Shown in pieces: positions 7,802 to 16,833 of a stretch of DNA of 42,467 nucleotides (its first letter is position 1; each line of letters starts with the position of its first letter). Source of the DNA: a virus. Lineage: Duplodnaviria > Caudoviricetes. The DNA is taken from IMG/VR virus record IMGVR_UViG_3300024251_000017, positions 1-42,467 of that record, one strand, 5' to 3'. The notes below the pieces were generated by a model that worked only from the letters and a program-made list of their open reading frames with translations, searched no databases and was not told where the DNA came from. Both the position numbers and the translations under genes were made by a program.

Positions 7802-8002
7802 ATGCGCTGTAGCCGCTGCAAGGCAGACAAGCCGCTCACCGACTTCGGCGACATCAACGGCCGCAAGCGCAAACGCTGCCTCCCGTGCCAGGACAAGGAT
7901 CGAGGCTATCGTGTCGCGCAGGGAATTCCGGTAGAGCGACCGATAGAGAAGGCCGAGAACGTCGCAGGCCCGACTTACTACGCGCAATATCGCTGGGACT
8001 AG
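7802..8002 (+). CDS. Small CxxC/CxxC Zn-binding protein
   Basis: CSRC...CLPC, ending AGPTYYAQYRW; similar to 37473..37694. Confidence 0.65.
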   Translation: MRCSRCKADKPLTDFGDINGRKRKRCLPCQDKDRGYRVAQGIPVERPIEKAENVAGPTYYAQYRWD

Positions 8003-8027
8003 CGCCAACTACCGTTTGCTCGCGGCT

Positions 8028-8059
8028 CGGCGCGACCGCAAGGCCGCGCCGTTCTTATT
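8028..8059 (+). terminator. Intrinsic terminator where the two arms converge
   Basis: CGGCGCGACC-GCAA-GGCCGCGCCG followed by TTCTTATT. Confidence 0.75.
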
Positions 8060-8122
8060 ATCGCCATTCCCGGCGTCACTCGCAATACCCTTCTTTGCCT
8101 TCTTGGAAAGTGATGAGAGGGT

Positions 8123-8410
8123 CTACTTACGTTGCTCGGGCACAGTCTCGGGCAATTCCCGAGCCGTCTTGAGGTTCATTATCCTGCTGCCGATTTCGTG
8201 GCCGCAGACCACGCCACCGTAGGTCAACCACAGCCATTCGCTGCTGCCGCCGTGAACTACAGACCATACAAAGCCGAACGTCATCGCAGCCTTGCCGAGA
8301 TTTGACCATAGGGCGGACTCCCGCCCCTTGCCGGTGACGTGATCGCAGAAAAAGTCTTGAAAGCGCCAGGTGCGCGAGCGCCGTTCGCCGTGTTCAGTCT
8401 TTATCTGCAT
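8123..8410 (-). CDS. Small membrane protein, holin-like (DUF2644-like)
   Basis: G..S..LWSNLG.A.MT..F and W..YGG.V motifs; two hydrophobic segments. Confidence 0.6.
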   Translation of the reverse strand: MQIKTEHGERRSRTWRFQDFFCDHVTGKGRESALWSNLGKAAMTFGFVWSVVHGGSSEWLWLTYGGVVCGHEIGSRIMNLKTARELPETVPEQRK

Positions 8411-8627
8411 CGCGCATGAAGCTCTCGAATAGCACCGTCTTGCTCGGATCAACAGCGACCATTGCTAGTTTGAGCTTATCGACATCTGCGCGCAGTTTGT
8501 CGTACTTATCGAACAGAAGATCAATTACTCGAAACGCGCGCTTGACCAGCCATGCCAGCAAGCCGCCGAGGAGAAAAAACGCTGTCGTACCCCACTTGAA
8601 TAGGGTGATCCAATCAACGTCCATCAA
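8394..8627 (-). CDS. Single-TM membrane protein with a coiled coil
   Basis: TAFFLLGGLLAWLV hydrophobic stretch. Confidence 0.7.
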   Translation of the reverse strand: MMDVDWITLFKWGTTAFFLLGGLLAWLVKRAFRVIDLLFDKYDKLRADVDKLKLAMVAVDPSKTVLFESFMRDADKD

Positions 8628-8808
8628 GCCCGCGTCTATAGAGTTCGTCCACGCGGTCGCGCACGCGCCTGATCTCTTCGTTTATCATCGCGTGCTTCTC
8701 GTTATCGGATTCCTTATGATCCGACAGAGCCACCTTGAATAGCCACATAACGACGCCGACCAGAATATCTATGATCCAGAAAAGCGCGTCGGTCATATGG
8801 CCGTTCAC
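8614..8808 (-). CDS. Single-TM small membrane protein
   Basis: ALFWIIDILVGVVMWLF; GTGA overlap with the upstream gene. Confidence 0.7.
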   Translation of the reverse strand: MNGHMTDALFWIIDILVGVVMWLFKVALSDHKESDNEKHAMINEEIRRVRDRVDELYRRGLDGR

Positions 8809-9095
8809 AGCCAGCCCATGTACTTCGCAAACAGGGTTGCGACCAGACTAAGCGACGCGATGATGGCGCCAGATAGCCATTTGATGACGCGCAATCCTCC
8901 AAGGATTTGCGCCTGACGCAGAGCGCATTCCTGAACGTGCTTCTCAAGTTCCCGGTTCACCGTATCCAGTTTCGTTTTGATCGGCTCCAAATGGAAACGG
9001 TTGACCAGCCGCAGAACGTGATTGAACTCGGCATGCTGCACCGGGCCGTTACCAGTCAGTTCTAGCGGGCATTCAACCGTGTCCGGGTTATGCAC
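8805..9095 (-). CDS. C-terminal-TM membrane protein (XhlA-like topology)
   Basis: AGGAG RBS; coiled coil, then WLSGAIIASLSLVATLF. Confidence 0.7.
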   Translation of the reverse strand: MHNPDTVECPLELTGNGPVQHAEFNHVLRLVNRFHLEPIKTKLDTVNRELEKHVQECALRQAQILGGLRVIKWLSGAIIASLSLVATLFAKYMGWL

Positions 9096-9128
9096 GTTTT
9101 TCTTCTCCCTGGATATACTACTTTTGGG

Positions 9129-10700
9129 TTATTGTTGGTTTAAGTAATCGCGCAACTGTGGAGCGAGAGTCGCGCCAGCGATTCCTGTGTATGGCGCGGT
9201 AGAACGCAAAGCCGCCGCGCCTGCCGCCTGCCCTGGGATTAGATCACCAAGCAGAAAGCGCGAACTAGGGCGTGAATATAACGGAGCTGCGATTCCTACG
9301 CCGAGCAAGCTTTGCAGAGTGGCGAGCTCCGTTGGCCTAAGGAATGCTCCGGCCAGAAGTCCGCGATCTGCTGTGTAACTGTTGGGCACCGTATTGCCAA
9401 GGACTGATTGCGCATTCTGTGCGAGCGTTCGCAGATCGGGTGAATTTCTGGCCGCTGTAAGAGCTTGGTACGGCGTAAAAACTCCTCCTTGCGCGGCTGC
9501 TCGGCCAGTTGCCTTTTCCAGAGCGACTTTGGCGGCATATGCTTTATCCAAAGCACCTACATTCTGCGCCCCGGTCGCGCTGTTTAACCATTGTTGTACC
9601 GATGACCTGGCGGCCATCAAAGCGTCGCCAACGGCTTTTTCCGACGCCGCGGAACTCCCTTGCAATTGGCGTGCGGCTTTGCCGATGTCTCCGATAATCT
9701 CGGCCTTGACGTTTTCAGCCGGAAGCGTTCCACCCGCTGGAATTCTGTCCCAGAGCGATTTGCGCAGTACTGCATCGAAGGTCTTCTTGCCCTCCGAGTT
9801 CAGTGGCAAGACAGGGACATTCTTGGATTGCTGGAGCGTGGAAAAAAGCGCTTGAGGTACTTGCACGTCTTTGCCAGCGTACAGCCGGTCGTAAGCCGAA
9901 CCGAGAGCGGACTTCACTTCCTGCAAACCGGCATTGCCTGCCTGAGACACCTCGCCAGCGCCCGGAGGCATCGCAATATTGAGCGCAGCCTTGTTGAATT
10001 CCAGTTTTGGACGCGATCTAGCAGAATTGATGATATCGCCAATAATCGGCAAGCTTGATAGTTTTTGTTCAATTCTGTTTATCGTGCCGCCAACTGCTTG
10101 TCCCGGCGTCGGAACTACGCCCCTGTCCAAGAGTGCCTGCACTTCAGGAGAAGGCGTAATAGGGTGAAGCATCTTTGCGGCCACCTTTGGAATCGCATAC
10201 CCGACGCCGCTTGCCAATGCGCCTCTACCTACGTTCGGCAGAGTTGTTTCGTTGCCGATGGTCGGCTCAGCCGCACCTAGTGCGCCGCCAGCAGCAACGC
10301 TCCCCAGAAAACTCGCGGGGGCCACCGGAGCGGTAACAACCGCCGCACCACCAGCAGCGCCAGCTGCTGCAGCAGGAGACACCCCCCGAAGTTGTCTGCC
10401 GGCTTGGATATCAGCGACATCCTGCGGAGCGAGCGATCCCGTTATCAGTTGCTTCGCCCGCATCGCATAGTCGTTGAGCTTAGTGCCGAAGCCAGCAATC
10501 GCAGACTGCCCAGGCCCCATTTCCTGCGCCTGCTGGGAAAGCGACTGCTCCATACTTTGCGGTCCAGCCATCGTTGGGGCTTTCACGCCGCCGCCGAACA
10601 TATTCTCAGCTTGCGTCAGAACATCCTGCGGACTGGTGCCATCCGGCACGTCAAAGCGTGCAACGCGTCCATCTGGAAGCTGAATCTTAGCGACCGGCAT
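9129..10700 (-). CDS. Ejection/internal virion protein
   Basis: Ala/Gly-rich, N-terminal IQLPDGR..RFDVPDG motif; last of three large genes after the tail hub. Confidence 0.75.
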   Translation of the reverse strand: MPVAKIQLPDGRVARFDVPDGTSPQDVLTQAENMFGGGVKAPTMAGPQSMEQSLSQQAQEMGPGQSAIAGFGTKLNDYAMRAKQLITGSLAPQDVADIQAGRQLRGVSPAAAAGAAGGAAVVTAPVAPASFLGSVAAGGALGAAEPTIGNETTLPNVGRGALASGVGYAIPKVAAKMLHPITPSPEVQALLDRGVVPTPGQAVGGTINRIEQKLSSLPIIGDIINSARSRPKLEFNKAALNIAMPPGAGEVSQAGNAGLQEVKSALGSAYDRLYAGKDVQVPQALFSTLQQSKNVPVLPLNSEGKKTFDAVLRKSLWDRIPAGGTLPAENVKAEIIGDIGKAARQLQGSSAASEKAVGDALMAARSSVQQWLNSATGAQNVGALDKAYAAKVALEKATGRAAAQGGVFTPYQALTAARNSPDLRTLAQNAQSVLGNTVPNSYTADRGLLAGAFLRPTELATLQSLLGVGIAAPLYSRPSSRFLLGDLIPGQAAGAAALRSTAPYTGIAGATLAPQLRDYLNQQ

Positions 10701-12237
10701 TTGCTGGTTCCTCAAAGCCTAGAAACTTGATGCCGCTTGCTCCCGGTGACATCGACTGCGCTCCGCGAATCTGGCCGCCGGTTGTATTGCCAAGGTGAAC
10801 CTGATTGATGGCTGTACTCGCTGGGAAATTCATTGCGTACCAGCCCTCAAAGCGCATCGGATCACCGCCGCTTGAAAGGTATCGCCCCAAGTCGTTTGCC
10901 TGCTTGATCTGGTATTGAGATTGAGCGATATCCGTCCCGATAAGGTACTTGATCGCCGCTTTGGTCATATCCACATTCGGGGCGCCGCGCGTGAGCATCA
11001 GCATAACCTCGGATTGCGTGATGCGAGAACCAAATTGCTGTTTAGCTTTCTGCGTAGCGGCGTTTACCAAATCCTTTTGCAGTGCAATCGTCGCGCTCGG
11101 CGTGTTCTCGAAGTCGGATTCCTTCACTCCGGGAACGAATTTGCTAATCCAGTTTTTTACATCGGCGGTACGCGCTGCGAGCGGGCCAGTATCGGCCTGA
11201 TCGACGAGACTCAGTGCCTGCTGGTTTAGCGCGAGCCTGTTATTGGCGGCATCTGCTTGTGCGCCGTACTTCTCGGAAAGCTTCTGCGATGATGTCGCGT
11301 TTTCTTCCGACATGCGCTTGTCGAAAGTTGACTGTCCCATGCCGGCAGCGGCAACTGGGCGCTTGGGGATAGTAGCCCACGGATCTGCGCTAGCCGCCTT
11401 CGCTCCTGGAAGTGGCCCAAGATTCTGGTTAACCGCGTCCTGCTCGCTCTTGAGGATGGCATCTCGTTGCGCCATACGCTCAGGAGCTAGCGAGCCGTTA
11501 TTCGGTGCTGGAATTGCCGTCGCCGCCACTCCTGGACTTGTGGCACCCACTCCGAACTGCTTGGCCGCGAGATTCGCAAGCGGTCCGCCGGGGAGAGTCC
11601 ATGCTTTCGGAACGGTAATTTCGCCGCCCCCGGGCGCTTGAACATTGGTCGTTTCGTATGGCACCTTGGCGCCGGTCTGGGATCCTGTCACCGCGCTTGC
11701 CAAGGTCGCTGCGGCCGGGACTTGACCCGGGACTTGTTCGACTCGAAACCCGGACGGGTTGCTAGGATCGCGTATCACGGCTCCAGCTCCAGGCGCTACG
11801 GCAGGCACCGCCGGAGCGATCTCGGCTCCAGTGAACGGATTGACCACGGGTGCGCCGGGACGCTGTGCGATGCCTTTGCCGGCCTCGAATTGCGCCTGTC
11901 CGACCTTCTCCAGCCCAGGCATTCCAATCAATCCGCCTAGCAACATAAGATCAGTGCCTGGAAGGGCGTTGGGAGACGTTCCAGAGGCCGTAGGGGTGTT
12001 CGCGCCGCTTGCCAGCGCCGGAGTCCCGCCGCCCAAGCCCAAGCGCGACAGAAGCCCCGGAAGCACGGAGTTGACGATTTCCTGCTGCCTGCGCTGGATC
12101 GCCTGACTTTGCAACGCGCCAACCAACTGCGCCGCCCCGCTCGCCTGCTGCAACTGCCCCAGACCCTGCTGCTGGTTAATCTGCGACTGCTGGAGGTAGC
12201 CGGCCAGCCCGGGGATATTGTCGAGTGCGGCCATCAC
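10687..12237 (-). CDS. Ejection/internal virion protein
   Basis: Q/A/G-rich, 516 aa, position equivalent to P22 gp20/gp16. Confidence 0.75.
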   Translation of the reverse strand: MMAALDNIPGLAGYLQQSQINQQQGLGQLQQASGAAQLVGALQSQAIQRRQQEIVNSVLPGLLSRLGLGGGTPALASGANTPTASGTSPNALPGTDLMLLGGLIGMPGLEKVGQAQFEAGKGIAQRPGAPVVNPFTGAEIAPAVPAVAPGAGAVIRDPSNPSGFRVEQVPGQVPAAATLASAVTGSQTGAKVPYETTNVQAPGGGEITVPKAWTLPGGPLANLAAKQFGVGATSPGVAATAIPAPNNGSLAPERMAQRDAILKSEQDAVNQNLGPLPGAKAASADPWATIPKRPVAAAGMGQSTFDKRMSEENATSSQKLSEKYGAQADAANNRLALNQQALSLVDQADTGPLAARTADVKNWISKFVPGVKESDFENTPSATIALQKDLVNAATQKAKQQFGSRITQSEVMLMLTRGAPNVDMTKAAIKYLIGTDIAQSQYQIKQANDLGRYLSSGGDPMRFEGWYAMNFPASTAINQVHLGNTTGGQIRGAQSMSPGASGIKFLGFEEPANAGR

Positions 12238-13373
12238 GTTCCCCCAAATAGCTTGTTCTGGTTCTGGTTGCCGAGCCCTAGTTGCTGCAACGTATCGGCC
12301 AAACTCGGCGTCGGATTGGTGAGTTGCGCAAGCCCGCTACCGAGAGCGTTGAGCCCTTGCCCAGAAGTGCCGAGAACGGACGGTGTAAGACTCGCTACGG
12401 TATTGCCAGCGCCGATCGCCGTGTTTCCGGTGGAACGCAGGTAATCGTTATAGCCGCCCAAGTTGTAAGATGCGAGCTTGGCAATATCTCCGGGGCTTCC
12501 AGCGGGGTTGCCGTTGATCGAGAGCGCCCGAGCAGCGGCATCCGATGCGCCCATAGCGGGCGCTGACTGATACCAGCTATTCGGGTTGTTGAGTGCGTTG
12601 AGATACGCCCCGCTTGCGCCTTGCAACGTCGGCTTGAGTAGGTCTAGTTGCTGATTGAGCGATGAACGCTGGTTATCCGCGCCGGCAAGCCCGAGCAGAG
12701 TCGAACCGAGCGCGCCGCCGGCTTTGAGCAAATCTGGGTTCAATCCGAGAAGACGAGAGAGGAACGTGCTGCCCGCGCCCTGCGCGCCTTGCGCGAGCCA
12801 ACTTGGGAGCGAAAAGGCTGCCGTACCGCCAGCGCCACCTAGCGCTGCTTGGGTAAGCGGATCAAGTCCTCCTCCAGTAAACGCCGCATCCTGCGCAGCC
12901 AGCATCCCAAGTTGAGTTTCCGGCAAAGATGTAAGGCCAGCGCCACCCGCCGACTGAATGGTCAATGGGTCCAGACCACTGCCACCGGTAAACGCAGCGT
13001 CTTGCGCTGCAAGCATGTCAGCTTGCGTCAATCCACCCCCGCCAGCTCCGCCGCCAGCACCAGACCCACCGCCCCCGAGCGCGTTGGACATACCAGAGAA
13101 CGGATTGCTGACGCCATACGCGCTCATCAGATCAGGCAGCGCCAAGCCTCCAAGAGCAGCGCCGATTCCAAGCTTGACGCCGCCGCCCTCGGACAGGAAA
13201 TCGCCGCCTTTGCTTTCCTGCAAGTCAGCTGGCAAGTTCTCATAGACCGCCGCGCCGTCCCCGCCGATGGTCGCGCGGAAATTGCCGCGCCCCGGAATGG
13301 AGACGGTGTAACTGCCGTCGCCGTTATCACGGTACGGGTTCCCGCCGAATGCGATGTCTGCCTGAGTTGTCAT
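12234..13373 (-). CDS. Ejection/DNA-pilot protein (P22 gp7-like position)
   Basis: Gly/Ala-rich with a duplicated MLAAQDAAFTGG(S)GLDPLT motif. Confidence 0.7.
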   Translation of the reverse strand: MTTQADIAFGGNPYRDNGDGSYTVSIPGRGNFRATIGGDGAAVYENLPADLQESKGGDFLSEGGGVKLGIGAALGGLALPDLMSAYGVSNPFSGMSNALGGGGSGAGGGAGGGGLTQADMLAAQDAAFTGGSGLDPLTIQSAGGAGLTSLPETQLGMLAAQDAAFTGGGLDPLTQAALGGAGGTAAFSLPSWLAQGAQGAGSTFLSRLLGLNPDLLKAGGALGSTLLGLAGADNQRSSLNQQLDLLKPTLQGASGAYLNALNNPNSWYQSAPAMGASDAAARALSINGNPAGSPGDIAKLASYNLGGYNDYLRSTGNTAIGAGNTVASLTPSVLGTSGQGLNALGSGLAQLTNPTPSLADTLQQLGLGNQNQNKLFGGT

Positions 13374-13376
13374 GTC

Positions 13377-13775
13377 CTATACCTCGAACCAGCCTGCAAT
13401 CAGAAACGTGTTGCCGCTCGCAACCTGCGTCGGCAGGTAGCAGCGGCTATCGGTCACATCGACCGCGCATGATCCAACCGCGATATGCGTGGTGTCGTTC
13501 ACCATATCTGCCTGTCCTGCCAGTCCCATCGCAGACCTTGGAAGCGCAAAGTACGTCGTCCCCGCAGTAGACGCGATCGAAGTAGCAGCCGATACCTTGA
13601 CCTCGAAGAAGCATTGCCGCCCGACGACGCGAAAGCGCGATGCCGTCGTGAGCGCTCCGACAGTCGTAAGGCTGCTAAATGCCGCCGTCCATGTCGTGTC
13701 CCATCGGTCGATGCCCAGCAGATCGTTGAGCGCGAACGAGGCTGGATCAGCGTCTTCGAGGTCGCGGACATTCAT
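13377..13775 (-). CDS. Tail-associated hypothetical protein
   Basis: Beta-rich, 132 aa (WT..F...T...RFRVVGR..FF...LP); ATGA-coupled to the tail hub. Confidence 0.7.
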   Translation of the reverse strand: MNVRDLEDADPASFALNDLLGIDRWDTTWTAAFSSLTTVGALTTASRFRVVGRQCFFEVKVSAATSIASTAGTTYFALPRSAMGLAGQADMVNDTTHIAVGSCAVDVTDSRCYLPTQVASGNTFLIAGWFEV

Positions 13776-15262
13776 GCTCCCGTGCCTATATTCATGACCG
13801 ACGTATCATAGCGAAGGCGCATTGGCGTTGCGTCCGAATTAGTCAGCTTCCACGCGCGCTCCGGGCTGCTGCCAATTCTGACTCTTCTCTGCGGGCGGTT
13901 GGACATATCCCATGTCGTCACTGTAGAGAATGTCTGATAATCGTCGTCCGATGCAGAAAGCGTGAGCGTGGAAGACGTGCTCTGCCTGTCATAATCGACA
14001 TATACATCCACGAAAAACATATCGTGTCCGCCAGCGCTCATCTTGTCCGTCTGCACGCTAGCCGTGAACGGCTGACCATCGTCGGTAAAGACGAAGTTCG
14101 CAGGGTTGATGAGGTAGACTTTCCCGGATGTCGAGGTCTTGCTTATGGCATACGTGAGCACGTTGCTGCCACTGGAAAGTCCTGCGAACTTGTACCAGAG
14201 ATTCGCAGAGCCACTCCATTCGTGCCAGCGCTTTTCCTCCAAGCAGTATGTAAATGTGCTGCTGCTCGCCGTGACCAATACAAATGATCTGCCGTAGAAG
14301 CGCGCAGTGGCAATGCTGATGTTGTTAGGACCGGCCAGCATCAACTGGTTGTTAATCTCAGGATTGCTGATAGGCGTAATCCCACCATCATATTGCAGGA
14401 CCTGTAACCCGCCCTTTTCCGTGGATCCCACGAAGAACAGAAAATCCGATATGTCTGCAATGCAATCCGCCGAGATCGCGCCGACCTTCTGCGTCATGCT
14501 CTGCACTCTGGAAAGCGGAGAACCAACGGCGTTCCCGGCTACTTTCCAGAACTCCACGGAATTCGTGCCGAATGCCGCGATATAGGCACGCCAGCGCGCA
14601 AGCCCAACGCCATTGTCTGGCTGGTCGTTGGTGCTATCGAAACTGGTCGAAGTCCACGACGATCCGCTGTTCAGATCGGAAGAGTAAATCTTCCCGGATT
14701 GGGTAAGAACGCTCACGTAGCCGTTCAACGCCTTGCCGACTCCAACTACCGTTTCGCCGGCGTTGCCTGGATAGTCTCCGTCACTTACCTTCACCAAGCC
14801 ATTTGTTGTATCGTAAAGCCAAGCGGTGTTGTCACTACTGGTGATAAATAGAGTTGGCGTGCCCACGACATCGAGCTGCTCGATGCCGGTCGCCTTTCCG
14901 GTAATTGTGCCGAGAGAACTCGTGCCATCGTAGATCGTGCTATTGGTCGAGCCGAACGCGCTGATGACCTTTGTTCCTGAACCTTGTCCAGCCCAGACCA
15001 TGATCGCGTTGCCAACTGAACCAGATGCCGGAGTGCTATTCACGCCCAAGCCTGGACGCTTGACTATATAGCGCTTGCCGCCTTCGACGACAATCATGCA
15101 ATTCACCAGCCTCGCGTCTTTCACGGAAGAAGGATTCGAGGCTCCCCAGATAAAAGTCCCCCATACCCCGATCCCCCAGACTCCGGAGGAGCCGGAAAGA
15201 GCGTTGGCCGTTTCGATTCGCGTGTTATAAGCCGGGTCAGGAAGGAACGGGACAGGTTTCAC
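13772..15262 (-). CDS. Tail hub/nozzle (P22 gp10-like DNA-stabilisation protein)
   Basis: RLVNC...KRPGL, IAAFG.NSVEFW, TY......WHEW and SDD.Y.TFS patterns; 496 aa. Confidence 0.85.
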   Translation of the reverse strand: MKPVPFLPDPAYNTRIETANALSGSSGVWGIGVWGTFIWGASNPSSVKDARLVNCMIVVEGGKRYIVKRPGLGVNSTPASGSVGNAIMVWAGQGSGTKVISAFGSTNSTIYDGTSSLGTITGKATGIEQLDVVGTPTLFITSSDNTAWLYDTTNGLVKVSDGDYPGNAGETVVGVGKALNGYVSVLTQSGKIYSSDLNSGSSWTSTSFDSTNDQPDNGVGLARWRAYIAAFGTNSVEFWKVAGNAVGSPLSRVQSMTQKVGAISADCIADISDFLFFVGSTEKGGLQVLQYDGGITPISNPEINNQLMLAGPNNISIATARFYGRSFVLVTASSSTFTYCLEEKRWHEWSGSANLWYKFAGLSSGSNVLTYAISKTSTSGKVYLINPANFVFTDDGQPFTASVQTDKMSAGGHDMFFVDVYVDYDRQSTSSTLTLSASDDDYQTFSTVTTWDMSNRPQRRVRIGSSPERAWKLTNSDATPMRLRYDTSVMNIGTGA

Positions 15263-16200
15263 GCAGGTAATCTTCCGTAGATTCCAGACTGGACTGAAGC
15301 AGTGCCATCATCTCCGTACCATGTCGTAGTCCCGCTCGCCGCAGATTGTTCGAGCCACACGAGCTTGTGACGCCCAGCGGTTACCGCTGCCTCATACGTA
15401 GCATATTGGGTGTTCCTGGTGGTAGAGGCGATTACGCCTGGGCCTAGCAACTGCGCCGAGTTAACTGTGGTTGAATCCAAACCAACGCCTATGTTGCCAG
15501 TGATTGAACTCGCGCCACTGTTGACCGCTTGCGACTGCGCCGTTGCCCATACGCTATCTTCGGATACCCCGATGATGAAATCGAGTTGATTCGCGGTATT
15601 CGCATTTGCCTGTCTCAATGTCGCAGTGGTGTAGTTCCAGCTATCAGTGGTATCAACTGCGCGCATCTGACGAAGAACGCGATTGTAGTAATTCCAGACA
15701 TAGCGCTTGGCTAGAGAATCCTCGGTGGTGTTCGCTCCGCTTGAGTAGATCGTACCGACGTACCGGCGCGTTGTCGCCCCTGTCTTGACAAGCACGCCGT
15801 TCTGTGTCGTAAGCGCTGTCGCACGAGTGGTATCATTTGTCCATACCAGAGACTCAAGCGCCGCGATGCCGGAGTTGTTATAGCAAAAAACGTCATATGG
15901 CTTGCCGCTCGTGAGCGTAAGGGCTAGCGATAACTCAGTGAAAGTCAAAATCTGCCACCGAGCGCTGCCGTCGTAAAGCGCTATACGACTACCTTTGTAC
16001 GGAGTGAAATAGAGCGTCCCGGCCGCTGTAACATCGCTCGTCGTTACCGGAACGCCAGTAGTGAGCGTCAGCCTGCCATCGCAAATTGAATTATCCGGTA
16101 CACCGCTCGGATGGGCTTTGTAATAGAAGTCATTGATGTCCTGCGCCCAGCCCGCGCCGTCTGATTGCGTTACATCGTTTACAAATGTCGTATCTGTCAT
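15259..16200 (-). CDS. Tail fibre/spike-like virion protein
   Basis: Thr-rich; GRLTLTTGVPVTTSDV...YFTPYKG...VWNYYNRV domain; between adaptor and hub. Confidence 0.65.
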   Translation of the reverse strand: MTDTTFVNDVTQSDGAGWAQDINDFYYKAHPSGVPDNSICDGRLTLTTGVPVTTSDVTAAGTLYFTPYKGSRIALYDGSARWQILTFTELSLALTLTSGKPYDVFCYNNSGIAALESLVWTNDTTRATALTTQNGVLVKTGATTRRYVGTIYSSGANTTEDSLAKRYVWNYYNRVLRQMRAVDTTDSWNYTTATLRQANANTANQLDFIIGVSEDSVWATAQSQAVNSGASSITGNIGVGLDSTTVNSAQLLGPGVIASTTRNTQYATYEAAVTAGRHKLVWLEQSAASGTTTWYGDDGTASVQSGIYGRLPA

Positions 16201-16203
16201 GTG

Positions 16204-16833
16204 TTATCCGGCCGTCACTCGTAACGGGCCTCCGCTGAAGGATTCGATGTTATCTTCGCCGTTCACGTCTGCGAGTATTTCATCTCGCTTACTCTTCCAA
16301 AGAGGCATCCTTGGATCGCGCTTGATAAACGGCTCGGCCTCTACCAACGATGAGTACAGATAGAGGTCAGGCCAGTTCTGGAAGACCGCGTTAGTGTTAC
16401 CCGTGGACGTATCGTTCACCGCAGCCAAACGCATGTAGTACTCGGTCTGCACGGTATATGCCGAGTCCGGGTAAGGACCGAAGATGAAGTAGCCGGCCTC
16501 GCGCGCGATGAATTTCGGCTTGCTCCCGTTCACTCGATCCGGGTAGTTGTCGTAAATCCAGTTGTTCGTCTTGCGGTCAAGAGATTGTGTCGGAGCGGTG
16601 GTGATCACTGCGTTTTCCAGAGCAACGTAACTCGTCGGCAGCGCAAGGATTCCGCTTGTGCTGATTGTGCCGCTCACTACCGTGATCATGTCGCGCGTGC
16701 GGCATTTCCTGAAAATCCACTTCTCTCCGATGGTGATGATGTCCGGTACGCGGCTCGCCATATCGGAGGTGGAAACGTCCAGCCAATCTGTGACCGCTGT
16801 TTGCAGGTCTGCGTATGTCGCGAGTCCGCTCAT
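16204..16833 (-). CDS. Head-tail adaptor protein
   Basis: TYADLQTAVTDWL, LP.SY, GP.PD.AY and PDLYLY.SL.EA motifs. Confidence 0.85.
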   Translation of the reverse strand: MSGLATYADLQTAVTDWLDVSTSDMASRVPDIITIGEKWIFRKCRTRDMITVVSGTISTSGILALPTSYVALENAVITTAPTQSLDRKTNNWIYDNYPDRVNGSKPKFIAREAGYFIFGPYPDSAYTVQTEYYMRLAAVNDTSTGNTNAVFQNWPDLYLYSSLVEAEPFIKRDPRMPLWKSKRDEILADVNGEDNIESFSGGPLRVTAG

